Shown piece by piece: positions 16,730 to 25,796 of a stretch of DNA of 31,797 bases. A program made the translations under genes and the position numbers. Under the pieces are notes generated by a model, which saw nothing but the letters and a program-made list of their open reading frames with translations, searched no databases and was not told the origin of the DNA. Every line of letters begins with the position of its first letter. Position 1 is the first letter of the stretch. This DNA comes from Chthonomonadales bacterium (GTDB lineage: Bacteria; Armatimonadota; Chthonomonadetes; Chthonomonadales; Chthonomonadaceae), in the NCBI GenBank assembly GCA_038217285.1, contig JBBQPO010000031.1, positions 1-31,797 of the forward strand, read 5' to 3'.

Positions 16730-17572
16730 ATGGCTACCTATTTACCCGATATCATCGACACTGTCCGTCACGCGCTCGCCGAAGACATCGGCACCGGCGA
16801 TCTCACGACGCTGCTCACCGTTCCCGAAAGCGCGGTGGCGATGGGCTCGCTGCTGGCGAAGCAGGCGGGCGTCGTGGCCGGCCTGCCCGTGGCGGCCCAG
16901 GTGTTCAGCCAGGTAGATCCGGCTCTCGCCATCGAGTTCACCGCCGAAGAGGGCCAGTATGTGGAGGCCGGGGAGACGCTCATGGCCGTGCGCGGTTCGG
17001 CGCGGAGCATTCTCACAGCGGAGCGGGTGGCCCTGAACTTCCTGCAGCGCCTCTCCGGCATCGCCACGAAGACCTCCCGCTTTGTCGCCCTTGTGGAGGG
17101 AAACAAGGCCCGCATCGTCGATACGCGCAAGACGACGCCCGGACTGCGCGCGCTCGAAAAGTACGCCGTGCGTGTCGGCGGCGGCTTCAACCATCGCTTC
17201 GGGCTCTACGACGCTATCCTTATCAAAGACAACCATATTCAAGCGGCAGGCGGCATTACGCCCGCTGTCCAGGCAGCCTACGCGCAGGCCCCGCACACCA
17301 TGACTGTCACTGTCGAATGTGACACCCTCGCGCAGGTGGAAGAGGCCATCGCGGCTGGCGTGGACATCGTCCTGCTGGACAACATGAGCCTCGACATGCT
17401 GCGCGAGGCGGTCGAGCTGCTGGACGGGCAGGCGGCAGCGGAGGCCAGCGGCGGCGTCAACGAAGAGACCGTCACGGCGATCGCGCAGACCGGCGTAGAC
17501 ATCATCTCCGTCGGCGCACTGACCCACTCCGCCGTCGCCCTCGATATCAGCCTCGACCTGATTTCCCTATAA
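16730..17572 (+). CDS. nadC: Quinolinate phosphoribosyltransferase
   Basis: ALAEDIGTGDLTT, ERVALNFLQRLSGIAT, DTRKTTPGLR, NHRFGLYDAILIKDNH, LLDNM, EASGG, SVGALTHS. Confidence 0.97.
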   Translation: MATYLPDIIDTVRHALAEDIGTGDLTTLLTVPESAVAMGSLLAKQAGVVAGLPVAAQVFSQVDPALAIEFTAEEGQYVEAGETLMAVRGSARSILTAERVALNFLQRLSGIATKTSRFVALVEGNKARIVDTRKTTPGLRALEKYAVRVGGGFNHRFGLYDAILIKDNHIQAAGGITPAVQAAYAQAPHTMTVTVECDTLAQVEEAIAAGVDIVLLDNMSLDMLREAVELLDGQAAAEASGGVNEETVTAIAQTGVDIISVGALTHSAVALDISLDLISL

Positions 17573-17699
17573 GCACGCATCACCCCGAAAGGCGGCGTCT
17601 CGTTCGTCGTCTGGGTGCAACCCGATGGCTCAGAATGGCCCGAATCAACCTCGCTCGATCTGTCCGGTATGTGAAGGAGCGGTGACTACTGTGCAAAAG

Positions 17700-18542
17700 A
17701 TGAAAACCCTACTTTGCGCGGTGATATTGGGAACGATCTGCGGGGCCAGTGTCTCGCAGACCGTACCCAACCCTTCGCCCATCCAACCCTCTCTTCTTAC
17801 CCAAAAAGAATGGGAGAAACGCGCCGAGGCTACAGCCGACAGCCCCCGCCGCGCGCGCAAAGTGATCCTGGATGGCCTCTATGCCGGAAAGACCACCCTC
17901 GTAGCACAAGCCTATAAAACACTCTACGATGCAAAACCCTCCGACATCAGGCTTGGCACGTTCGGTTATGCAGCGGTAGTTTCCGAACGATTCCGTAACG
18001 GTGACAGCCAGGCATACAAACACGCATACCGGGCTGCCTCACTATTACTGCAACATGCCTGTGCTCCCGAAGAGGAGATGTCTGCCGCCCAAGCGGCTCA
18101 GACGACCCTGAAGCGGACGCAGGATGCGAACTCCTGGCTTGCCTGGGGGGATCTGCGTTTGCGGTTAGGCTTCGATGTGAAGGGCGCGGAAAAAGCCTAC
18201 CGACAGGCCCTCAAACTCGATCCCAATCTGGCGGAAGCGTATTGGTGGCTGGCCGACCTTACCCTCGAACCCTACGACGATGCCTATTTCAGAGCGCACA
18301 TTACGCAGGCGCGGAAGTATCTGGATCGTGCCGAAATGCTTGAGCCAGGACTGCATCCTTTTGCTGTCTGGGACCGTGCCTACTTCTTCCTCGACACGAG
18401 TCCCACCCACGCAAACTTTGCTCAGGCCTTGCCTTTCCTTCAGGAGTGTCTGCGGCTGTGGCCGGGTAATCCCCATACGGATGCCATTCGACGCGTCGTG
18501 GGACAACTGCAAAAAGGGCTGGCGGACAAGAATCTACGCTAA
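17700..18542 (+). CDS. Exported TPR-containing hypothetical protein
   Basis: Signal peptide MKTLLCAVILG...; TPR 'AEKAYRQALKLDPNLAEAYWWLA'. Start uncertain (17691 or 17700). Confidence 0.7.
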   Translation: MKTLLCAVILGTICGASVSQTVPNPSPIQPSLLTQKEWEKRAEATADSPRRARKVILDGLYAGKTTLVAQAYKTLYDAKPSDIRLGTFGYAAVVSERFRNGDSQAYKHAYRAASLLLQHACAPEEEMSAAQAAQTTLKRTQDANSWLAWGDLRLRLGFDVKGAEKAYRQALKLDPNLAEAYWWLADLTLEPYDDAYFRAHITQARKYLDRAEMLEPGLHPFAVWDRAYFFLDTSPTHANFAQALPFLQECLRLWPGNPHTDAIRRVVGQLQKGLADKNLR

Positions 18543-19078
18543 TGTCACCCCGAAAACGCCTGGTCATTGCGCTGCTCGTTTGTGCGGCGGTCAGCGCTGT
18601 ATTTATCCGGTTCACTGTCGGGAGGCGCCCCCTTGCGCCTCCCGTCGTGGTGGGGCCTTATCTATTCCGGGTCGTAGCCGTGTCCAACGAGCGGATGCGG
18701 CGGATGGACAGGCGTCTGCCGGCAGAGCAGGTCTGGATCACCGTTCAGCTAGAGCCGTCCGATCCTAAAAAACAGACAAGAAGTCTGCATGCCTACCTGC
18801 CTCACTTATTCGAGAATACAGAACTGGTCGGACCGGATGGGTCGCGTCAAAAACCCTTTTGGAGGCAGGAATATACGTCGTTTTCCCCTTACGACAAGAT
18901 GCAACATATAACCCAGTTCAGTCGCCTACAGACATGCTTCGGCTTCGACAATACGTTCCATTGGAAGACAGCCACTCTAATGACGCATTTCGATAGCTCC
19001 AAATGGGGGACGTTCGACGCGGATGAAATGACTGTCTCCGGCCAGACACTGCGCATCTCTCCTATCAAACTCCCCTAA
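18542..19078 (+). CDS. Hypothetical membrane-anchored protein
   Basis: TAATG coupling to the upstream gene; N-terminal TM segment. Confidence 0.6.
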   Translation: MSPRKRLVIALLVCAAVSAVFIRFTVGRRPLAPPVVVGPYLFRVVAVSNERMRRMDRRLPAEQVWITVQLEPSDPKKQTRSLHAYLPHLFENTELVGPDGSRQKPFWRQEYTSFSPYDKMQHITQFSRLQTCFGFDNTFHWKTATLMTHFDSSKWGTFDADEMTVSGQTLRISPIKLP

Positions 19079-19166
19079 ACAAAAGTCCTGGTAGTTTCCG
19101 CTGTATTCCCACCGACAGCCTTCCATCGCCTTCCTGTGGCGGAGCCGGACATGGGAACTGTTTTCC

Positions 19167-19195
19167 TTGCAATGACGTTGTAGATATGATAGAAT
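19167..19195 (+). promoter_or_regulatory. Sigma70 promoter of the leader/YHS/MCO operon
   Basis: TTGCAA (19167-72), 17 nt, TGa-TAGAAT (19187-95). Confidence 0.65.
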
Positions 19196-19245
19196 AACAA
19201 TAAGCCGAAAGGGCGCACTCTGACCTGGCGACAGTTTTTCGAATC

Positions 19246-19686
19246 ATGAGCATGCCGAGAACACAACCTATAATCGGATATCTGGCGGTCTTGCTGGTAA
19301 TGGCATTTTCAATGTCGGCGACCAGTCGGCCTGTTCTCGCCGACTGTGCGCCGGGAGATCACTCCAGCGCCCCTCGTTCCTGCTGTGTGGCTCATGTCCA
19401 CTCTCCGTGTTGTCCGGATATGAACCACGGCTCCTTCCAACATCGCGTTGGCTCCGGCCATTGCGAGGCGGGTGACTGCCCGTGCCATCTTACGGCGGGC
19501 CAGACCAACGCTTCCTTACCGGCGGCCGCCACGGAACTGTCGTACTCGGCATTGCTGGTGTCTCGCCCGGTGATTTTCGTTCTTACCTCGGCGCAGCGCG
19601 GCCCGCCGATGGCCGCCGCCAGTCCGTCTTTCCAAAGCGTTTCACATTCCTCCTCCTCGCCTCGCGCTCCACCTTTCCAGGGATGA
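19246..19686 (+). CDS. Exported Cys/His-rich leader protein with C-terminal RAPP arrest motif (CruR/CutF/DUF2946-like)
   Basis: Hydrophobic N-terminal signal; 'DC...SCCVAHVHSPCCPDMNH...HCEAGDCPCH'; C-terminus '...SSSSPRAPPFQG*'. Confidence 0.72.
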   Translation: MSMPRTQPIIGYLAVLLVMAFSMSATSRPVLADCAPGDHSSAPRSCCVAHVHSPCCPDMNHGSFQHRVGSGHCEAGDCPCHLTAGQTNASLPAAATELSYSALLVSRPVIFVLTSAQRGPPMAAASPSFQSVSHSSSSPRAPPFQG

Positions 19687-19766
19687 GTCTGACTCCGACT
19701 GCCTCATCGCAGCCCTGACATTACGTCACGTCAACCCAATCCAAACTAAGTGGAAGGTAACCATCC

Positions 19767-20420
19767 ATGTTTTCCCAAACTATTCGTGCGTCTCGGCGCA
19801 TCTTTATCGCGGCTCTTGCCTGCGCCGCCGTGCTGTTGCCTGCTTCCGTTGTTCGCGCGGAGGAGGCCGGCGGCTACACATGCCCGGTGCTGCACAATCC
19901 GATTGCCAAAGTCACTAAAGAGACGCAGTTCTCGGACTTCAAAGGCGTACGGTACTACTACTGCTGCGACGGCTGCAAGCCTCAGTTCGACAAAGACCAG
20001 GCGAAATTCCTCAAAGACGATAAGAACAAAGGCAAAGTGATCGGGATGGCGCTCTTCGATCCCGTCACGACCAAACGCATCGAATCGGAGAAAGCGACCG
20101 CTCACACGGACTTCGGCGGTGTGCGCTACTTCTTTGCCGCCAAGGGCGATCAGAAGACCTTCGCCAAAGAGCCGAAGAAATTCGCCGTTGCGCCCAAAAA
20201 GGAGCTTCTCTACTGCCCGGTGAGCGACGCGATCGTGGACTCCTATGCCACCGCCTCCGACTACAGCGACTACAAGGACATCCGCTACTTCTTCTGTTGC
20301 GCCGGATGCAAGCCGAGGTTCGATAAGAACCCGGACCAGTATCTGACGGGCCTGGAGGCGCGCGTCAAGAGCGCCCAGGAGAAGAAAGCGGCCGAAGCGC
20401 CGAAACCGGATGCCAAATAG
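19767..20420 (+). CDS. Exported triple YHS/TRASH-domain metal-binding protein
   Basis: Signal peptide; repeats CPV..YYYCCDGCKPQF, DPV..YFFAAKGDQKTF (no Cys) and CPV..YFFCCAGCKPRF. Confidence 0.88.
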   Translation: MFSQTIRASRRIFIAALACAAVLLPASVVRAEEAGGYTCPVLHNPIAKVTKETQFSDFKGVRYYYCCDGCKPQFDKDQAKFLKDDKNKGKVIGMALFDPVTTKRIESEKATAHTDFGGVRYFFAAKGDQKTFAKEPKKFAVAPKKELLYCPVSDAIVDSYATASDYSDYKDIRYFFCCAGCKPRFDKNPDQYLTGLEARVKSAQEKKAAEAPKPDAK

Positions 20421-20482
20421 CAGTGTTAAAGAACGGCACGGCGGCAGCGAAATCAACAACTGCCGTGCCCAGAGGAACGAAA

Positions 20483-21775
20483 ATGGAAGAGAACAAGCAA
20501 GTAGGCCGCCGCACCTTTCTGTCCCGTCTGGCAGGACTGGCGGGAGCCTTTGGAATAGGCGCCGGACTGGACGCGCAGCCGGCTCAGGGACAAGGCAGGG
20601 TTATCAATCCGGCCGTGCCCAAAACCGACACGACCGCCGTGCCGGTGGAACACACGAAGCATAGCGGCTGGCCTTCGCAAATGGTCACTGACGAGACCGC
20701 GCCACGGTGGAACCCGCGCGATATGCCCAAGCCGGGCGATAAGATCCACGAGTTCAACATCGAGATTACCGTTGAGAAGATAGAAATACTGCCGCTGGAA
20801 GAGCACCACTTCTATACCTTCAACAAAACGCTGCCCGGTCCGGAAATCCGGGTGAAGGAGGGCGACTGGGTCAAGGTCAACCTGACCAACAAGACCCACG
20901 ATTTTCACACCATCCACTGGCATGGGATGTACGTTCCGTGCGAGATGGACGGCGTACCGCTCGGAACGCAGTATCCCGTCGGCTATAACCAGAAGTTCAC
21001 CTACCTGTGGCGGGCGCAGCCTGCGGGGACGCACTTCTATCACTGCCACAACATGACCAACATGCACATTCAAGCCGGTCTGTACGGTTCGCTGATCGTG
21101 GAACCGGCAGGCGAGGATATCGTGCAGAAAACATTCCCCTACGACCGCGAATACACCCTGGTGTTGAGCGAGGTGGACACCGATTTTCTGCGCGAACAGA
21201 TGAATATGATGCTGACGATGGGCGCTACGATGGATGCCATGAACGGCTCCACCAAGCTGATGTCCAAAATGAATGGGCATATGATGGGATGGTTCGCGAA
21301 TAAAGAAGAGTTCGTCAAAGCCGTCAAGAGCGGATGGATGCCGCCCTACCATCGCAGCCGCACCGGCCCGGCGACGAAAATCGAGCCGAACTTCTTCCTG
21401 ATCAACGGCAGACCCTATCCCATGACCGAACACATGCATATCAGGCGGGGTGAAAACGTCCGCGTTCGGCTCATCAATGCCGGAATGCTCGTTCATAACA
21501 TGCACCTGCACGGCCATGACTTCTGGCATGTCTGCACCGACGGCGCACCGCTCGCGTCGCCTGTTCGCATGAACACCGTGCCGGTCTTTGCCGGCAGTAC
21601 GGCGGACATCGTTATTCAAGGCACGAATCCGGGAGCATGGCACTTCCACGACCACAGCGACATCAGCACCATGAACAACGGCATATCGCCGGGCGGTATG
21701 ATGACGATGCTGATGTACGAAGATGCCGAAGAGGCCGGTTTCAAGTTCAAGGAGATCATTGCGACGGACTCCTGA
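20483..21775 (+). CDS. Tat-exported two-domain multicopper oxidase (T1 site in domain 1) with Met-rich insert
   Basis: GRRTFL Tat motif; HTIHWHG, HFYHCH..H....L, HNMHLHGH, WHFHDH. Confidence 0.9.
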   Translation: MEENKQVGRRTFLSRLAGLAGAFGIGAGLDAQPAQGQGRVINPAVPKTDTTAVPVEHTKHSGWPSQMVTDETAPRWNPRDMPKPGDKIHEFNIEITVEKIEILPLEEHHFYTFNKTLPGPEIRVKEGDWVKVNLTNKTHDFHTIHWHGMYVPCEMDGVPLGTQYPVGYNQKFTYLWRAQPAGTHFYHCHNMTNMHIQAGLYGSLIVEPAGEDIVQKTFPYDREYTLVLSEVDTDFLREQMNMMLTMGATMDAMNGSTKLMSKMNGHMMGWFANKEEFVKAVKSGWMPPYHRSRTGPATKIEPNFFLINGRPYPMTEHMHIRRGENVRVRLINAGMLVHNMHLHGHDFWHVCTDGAPLASPVRMNTVPVFAGSTADIVIQGTNPGAWHFHDHSDISTMNNGISPGGMMTMLMYEDAEEAGFKFKEIIATDS

Positions 21776-21832
21776 GTCCGCGATGCACAGGACCCTATCA
21801 ACAAGCAAGATGACCAATTTAAGGAGACACGA

Positions 21833-23062
21833 TTGAAAAAGAACCGACATGGAGGAGCGTTACTGGCCCTTATCGCAGCGCTCCTCCCCGGCGCGGCGCA
21901 TGGGCAGGCGCAGCAGACACCTATCCCGGAGCAGCCGAGCGTTGCGCCGCAGATCGAGCTGGACGGCACCGGCATCGGCACACTGCAGTACAGCACGCCG
22001 CGTATCACGCTGTTCAACGGCGCACGGTCCAGCAGCAGCCGCATAAATCTGTCGGACTCGGCCCTGCTGCTGGGCGTTTCGGAGCGACTGGCGGCGAAGG
22101 GCGGCATCGGCAGTTTCGTCGTCGGGCTGACCTCGACCGAATCGAACCGCGCGCCGAGCGGCACGGATGCGTTCCTGCATCAGTTATATGTCAACTATCA
22201 GACCAACAAAATCGAAGGCACGATCGGGCGTACCGATACCGGTACCCGGCTCGTGGACTTTCCGACGATACGCGGCGATGATCTGAACGAGTTCGTCAAC
22301 GTGCTCAATCCGTTCTCGGATGGCAGCAACGTGCAGGAACATCGCTACACCAATCAGGCCACCGTCATGCTGCACCCCGGTCTGCGCTCTACGGTGAACT
22401 TTCACCTGCAAAATCTGATCACCTCGACCCCTTCCACGGTCGGGCAGGGAGGCATCAACTCTTATGGAGTCGCCTATCAGTACCAGGAGCTGGCGGCGCT
22501 GGAGAACTTGAAAAAGGTTCCGCTCTGGGGCGGCGGGTTCGAGCGGAGATCTCTGGGCAATGGAGAGGGCGGCGCCTCCAATGTCGTCTACGGCGGTATC
22601 GTCTACAACATCGCGCCCGATCCCGTAGACCGCATCGACCTGCGCGTACAGGACTACTACGCCTTCGGCAACGATACCCGCGCCTTCAACACCGTCACGG
22701 ACACCTTTCGGGCCGATGGCAACACCATCGCGGTTTCGCTGCGCTATCTGCACAGTCCGTTCGGAGTTCCCGGCTATCAGGTGTCGCTGACCGCAGGCTA
22801 CAAGACCTACGACAAGGTGCGCGCCAGTAACACGTTTGGGATGGCGCTCACAGGCGTGAAGCGCCTGGGCAGCGGCTTCGATCTGGTGATGCAGTACCAG
22901 TACCAGAATCGACAGTCCGCCTATGCCTCTGCGTATAGCGGGGTGAAAGACGAACACTCCCTCCAGATCGGGTTTACGTTCAACTTCAACAACACCTTCA
23001 ACAAGCATCTCGGGCCCCGCCGCTCCCTGTTGAACCTACAGCATCAGTACCTCCCCGACTAG
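21833..23062 (+). CDS. Exported protein, probable outer-membrane porin
   Basis: TTG start after AAGGAG; signal peptide; alternating beta-strand patterns ('YQVSLTAGYKTY', 'FDLVMQYQYQ', 'SLQIGFTFNF'). Confidence 0.7.
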   Translation: MKKNRHGGALLALIAALLPGAAHGQAQQTPIPEQPSVAPQIELDGTGIGTLQYSTPRITLFNGARSSSSRINLSDSALLLGVSERLAAKGGIGSFVVGLTSTESNRAPSGTDAFLHQLYVNYQTNKIEGTIGRTDTGTRLVDFPTIRGDDLNEFVNVLNPFSDGSNVQEHRYTNQATVMLHPGLRSTVNFHLQNLITSTPSTVGQGGINSYGVAYQYQELAALENLKKVPLWGGGFERRSLGNGEGGASNVVYGGIVYNIAPDPVDRIDLRVQDYYAFGNDTRAFNTVTDTFRADGNTIAVSLRYLHSPFGVPGYQVSLTAGYKTYDKVRASNTFGMALTGVKRLGSGFDLVMQYQYQNRQSAYASAYSGVKDEHSLQIGFTFNFNNTFNKHLGPRRSLLNLQHQYLPD

Positions 23063-23107
23063 GCGCGACAAACGCAGCTCACGGAAGAGCATGAAAGTGA
23101 GAGAATC

Positions 23108-23803
23108 ATGAATACCAAAAACAGGTGCAAGGCCTTTCGAAATATCACGAACACAGCCGCATTCAGTTTGGGAATGACGCTGCTCATCGCGCTGGCGGGC
23201 GCACAGGAGGTCGCGGGCGGAGCCGCGAAAAAGGACGGACATGCCTCCAAGGGGGCAATGAGGGAGATGTCGCGTCTCAAAGAGGCAGGCGTCATGACCG
23301 TCCAGGGGGATGAAAACTGGGACGATATGCTGGGCTTCGGCAAAGACTCCAACATGGCGGAGATGATGACGCTGATGATGGTCGGCGGGTCAGGCATGGA
23401 GCACATGAAGATGGCCGCCATGCGTCCCGGGTTGAGTATGGGCGCCATGCAGATGGACAAGACAAAGACGAAGGGCATGGCGGAGAAGAACAGCGCCGTC
23501 GAGGGATGGAAAATGAGCATCAATACCGATCCTAAAACCCTCGCGGTCGGCAAGAACATGCTGGACGTGACGATCCTCGACGCCAATGGCAAGCCTGTCA
23601 CCGGGGCGAAGGTAATGGGCGCGGTCGAAATGACGAGCATGGACATGGGCGTTACCAAGCCGAAGGCTCAGGAAGGCAAAGACGGACACTACATGGTGCC
23701 GGTGGAGTTCTCGATGAAGGGGCCGTGGCGCGTGACACTCACCGTTACCCCTCCCAAGCAGAAGCCGTTCACCAAGGCGCTGGACTTCAACATTCCTAAA
23801 TAA
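23108..23803 (+). CDS. Met-rich exported FixH/YtkA-domain protein (putative Cu chaperone)
   Basis: Met-rich N-half; C-term 'LDVTILDANGKPVTGAKV...MTSMDMG...GHY...FSMKGPWRVTLTV'. Confidence 0.8.
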   Translation: MNTKNRCKAFRNITNTAAFSLGMTLLIALAGAQEVAGGAAKKDGHASKGAMREMSRLKEAGVMTVQGDENWDDMLGFGKDSNMAEMMTLMMVGGSGMEHMKMAAMRPGLSMGAMQMDKTKTKGMAEKNSAVEGWKMSINTDPKTLAVGKNMLDVTILDANGKPVTGAKVMGAVEMTSMDMGVTKPKAQEGKDGHYMVPVEFSMKGPWRVTLTVTPPKQKPFTKALDFNIPK

Positions 23804-23913
23804 CGCATAACGCCACGAGCAAATGGCGCCTCTTGCGTTCAGGCACTTTCCAGTCCAAATTCTTGGGCTGGAAAGTGCGTTTAGGTAACCTCGTTCTTCT
23901 TATCCGGGAGCGC

Positions 23914-25242
23914 TCAGCGTATCACGACACGCACTACTGTAGGCGATCCCCATCCGGGCTTCCACTCGCTCGTGATCTCCTGCTCTCCCTGATAAAACGC
24001 CGAAGAGTTGGTCGGAAGGGTGTAGTCCTGCTTGAGTTTCCCCTGAGTATCACAGTAGTACTTGAACAGATACCGCCCTGGCGCAAGGCGTGGGGTTTGG
24101 CGCGCTTGCTTTTCCTGCTCGCTGCCTGCGGGAACCACCAGCCACATCCACAGGTTCGTGCTATGCCCCTGGGCAAACACCCCTCTGTCCCCCGTCGCCA
24201 CTGGCTGTTGTGTCCACGCGTTGCGCGTCGTATCCCAGGCATAGGCATCCACGCGCAGATTCTTGTCTCCCCACACTTCCGGAGTTTGATTTACCGTGAG
24301 AATGCAGTCGGTATAGACCAAAGCGTCTTTGGAAACCTTCGGAAGATCTTTCTCGCTGCGATACGTTCCCTTCACGCTGGCCGCATAGTCCTCGATCCAG
24401 GCGCGGAACTGTTTGTAACCGGCGTCGCCATAGAGGAGTTTTACTCCACCTCCATGAGGAACAACATTGAGGGGCTTGAGCAGAAAGAGGCTCTTTTCGG
24501 GTTCCTGTACGTTGATGAGTTTGTGTTCAACCAGGCGTCGCATGGTAGCTTCGGCGTTACCGGGGACAAACCAGTTGACCCGCTCCCCGTATTTCTCGAC
24601 ATTCTTTGCGTTCTCCGGCGTTCCGGGACGGTGGCAGCCCATACAGCGCCCTTCCTGGGACCAGACGTTGCGCTCAAAAGAGGCGACGACGCTGTCTAAA
24701 CGCGTGTGACGGAGGACGGCATTGGAAACGGCAGGCCCTGTACGCTCGGCGGCGGGAAGAGCAGGCGTTGTGCGAAGTTTGGGATCCTGTACGGCGGCAG
24801 CGATCCAGTCCCGAAAGGCCATGTACTCCACATCGCGTGCCTTCTGCGTTACGAGACCGGTTTTTGGCGTAGACTTCCGGATGAGCTGCAAAAGGTGAGA
24901 AGAATCGGGCTTCTTTAGATCAATCATGCCTCCATCCCGCAGGGAGGCGAAGGTCTGCGCTTCCGAGGGACGGATATAATCTTTCAAATCCACGCCCGAT
25001 AGATGGCATTCGGCGCAACTGGAGGGGTTGGGGGACTTGAAAAGTGGGAGGATACGTCGCTCGAAAACGTTCCGTGAAGCAGCAGCCGGACTTTGTCCGC
25101 GTGCAGCAGGTAAGAGGATGGCAACGGGCAGGAGAGCTGCCACGAAGAGGTACGCAAGGGTCCGTACTCCTGTGGATACTTTTCGGAGTTGGTCGGACCC
25201 CGGTCTGCTGCACAGCAAGCGGTAACTCATTCTGTGGTTCAT
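23914..25242 (-). CDS. Exported protein with two CxxCH haem-c motifs
   Basis: ATG at 25242 after GGAGA; hydrophobic signal; CAECH and CMGCH; 'PEKSLFLLKP...PHGGG'. Confidence 0.75.
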   Translation of the reverse strand: MNHRMSYRLLCSRPGSDQLRKVSTGVRTLAYLFVAALLPVAILLPAARGQSPAAASRNVFERRILPLFKSPNPSSCAECHLSGVDLKDYIRPSEAQTFASLRDGGMIDLKKPDSSHLLQLIRKSTPKTGLVTQKARDVEYMAFRDWIAAAVQDPKLRTTPALPAAERTGPAVSNAVLRHTRLDSVVASFERNVWSQEGRCMGCHRPGTPENAKNVEKYGERVNWFVPGNAEATMRRLVEHKLINVQEPEKSLFLLKPLNVVPHGGGVKLLYGDAGYKQFRAWIEDYAASVKGTYRSEKDLPKVSKDALVYTDCILTVNQTPEVWGDKNLRVDAYAWDTTRNAWTQQPVATGDRGVFAQGHSTNLWMWLVVPAGSEQEKQARQTPRLAPGRYLFKYYCDTQGKLKQDYTLPTNSSAFYQGEQEITSEWKPGWGSPTVVRVVIR

Positions 25243-25445
25243 GCCGTTTCTCCAGGGTAAGAATTCTGCCAGCCTCCTCTGCGAGGTTTTTGTTATTTCC
25301 ACTGCCCGCACGGGATCACCTGCTTTCGCGCCTCCGTACAACCCACGACCGGCGTTCCTGTCACAGGAGCGGACGCCACCTTTTTGTCTTACCGTAAAAG
25401 AGAGGAACTTCGCGCGGGGATTGGTCGTCATTTATGCTATAGGGC

Positions 25446-25462
25446 ATACCCCTATAGGGTAT
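25446..25462 (+). promoter_or_regulatory. CsoR operator
   Basis: Palindrome ATACCC-CTATA-GGGTAT, 14 nt before csoR, matching the TAC-C-tract/G-tract-GTA style of CsoR boxes. Confidence 0.8.
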
Positions 25463-25476
25463 ATAGGGAGGATGAG

Positions 25477-25758
25477 ATGGCTATTCAGAACGAGGAAAAA
25501 GAGGATGTCCTGCGCCGTCTGAACCGTATCGAGGGCCAGGTAAAAGGCATTAAACGGTTGGTGGAAGAGGATACCTACTGTGTGGACGTGATGACCCAGG
25601 TCTCTTCGGTCCATGAAGCCCTGCGCAGCGTCGGCAAGATCCTGATGCGCAACCATCTGCAGCACTGCGTGACGGACGCCCTCCGCGATGGAGATGACAG
25701 CAAGGCTGAAAAGACCTATCAAGAGATGATGGATCTGATCTATAAGTTCGCAAAATAG
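25477..25758 (+). CDS. csoR: Copper-sensing repressor CsoR
   Basis: RRLNRIEGQVKGI, YCVDV, NHLQHCV (C-H-C ligands); GGAGG SD. Confidence 0.93.
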   Translation: MAIQNEEKEDVLRRLNRIEGQVKGIKRLVEEDTYCVDVMTQVSSVHEALRSVGKILMRNHLQHCVTDALRDGDDSKAEKTYQEMMDLIYKFAK

Positions 25759-25796
25759 CCCCATGACGGCTTCTGTTCGAGAAGGTGAGGTTGGAG

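Noticed and set aside
23833-24699. 288-aa plus-strand ORF
   Set aside because: Antisense to the di-haem protein gene, which has the motifs and an SD.
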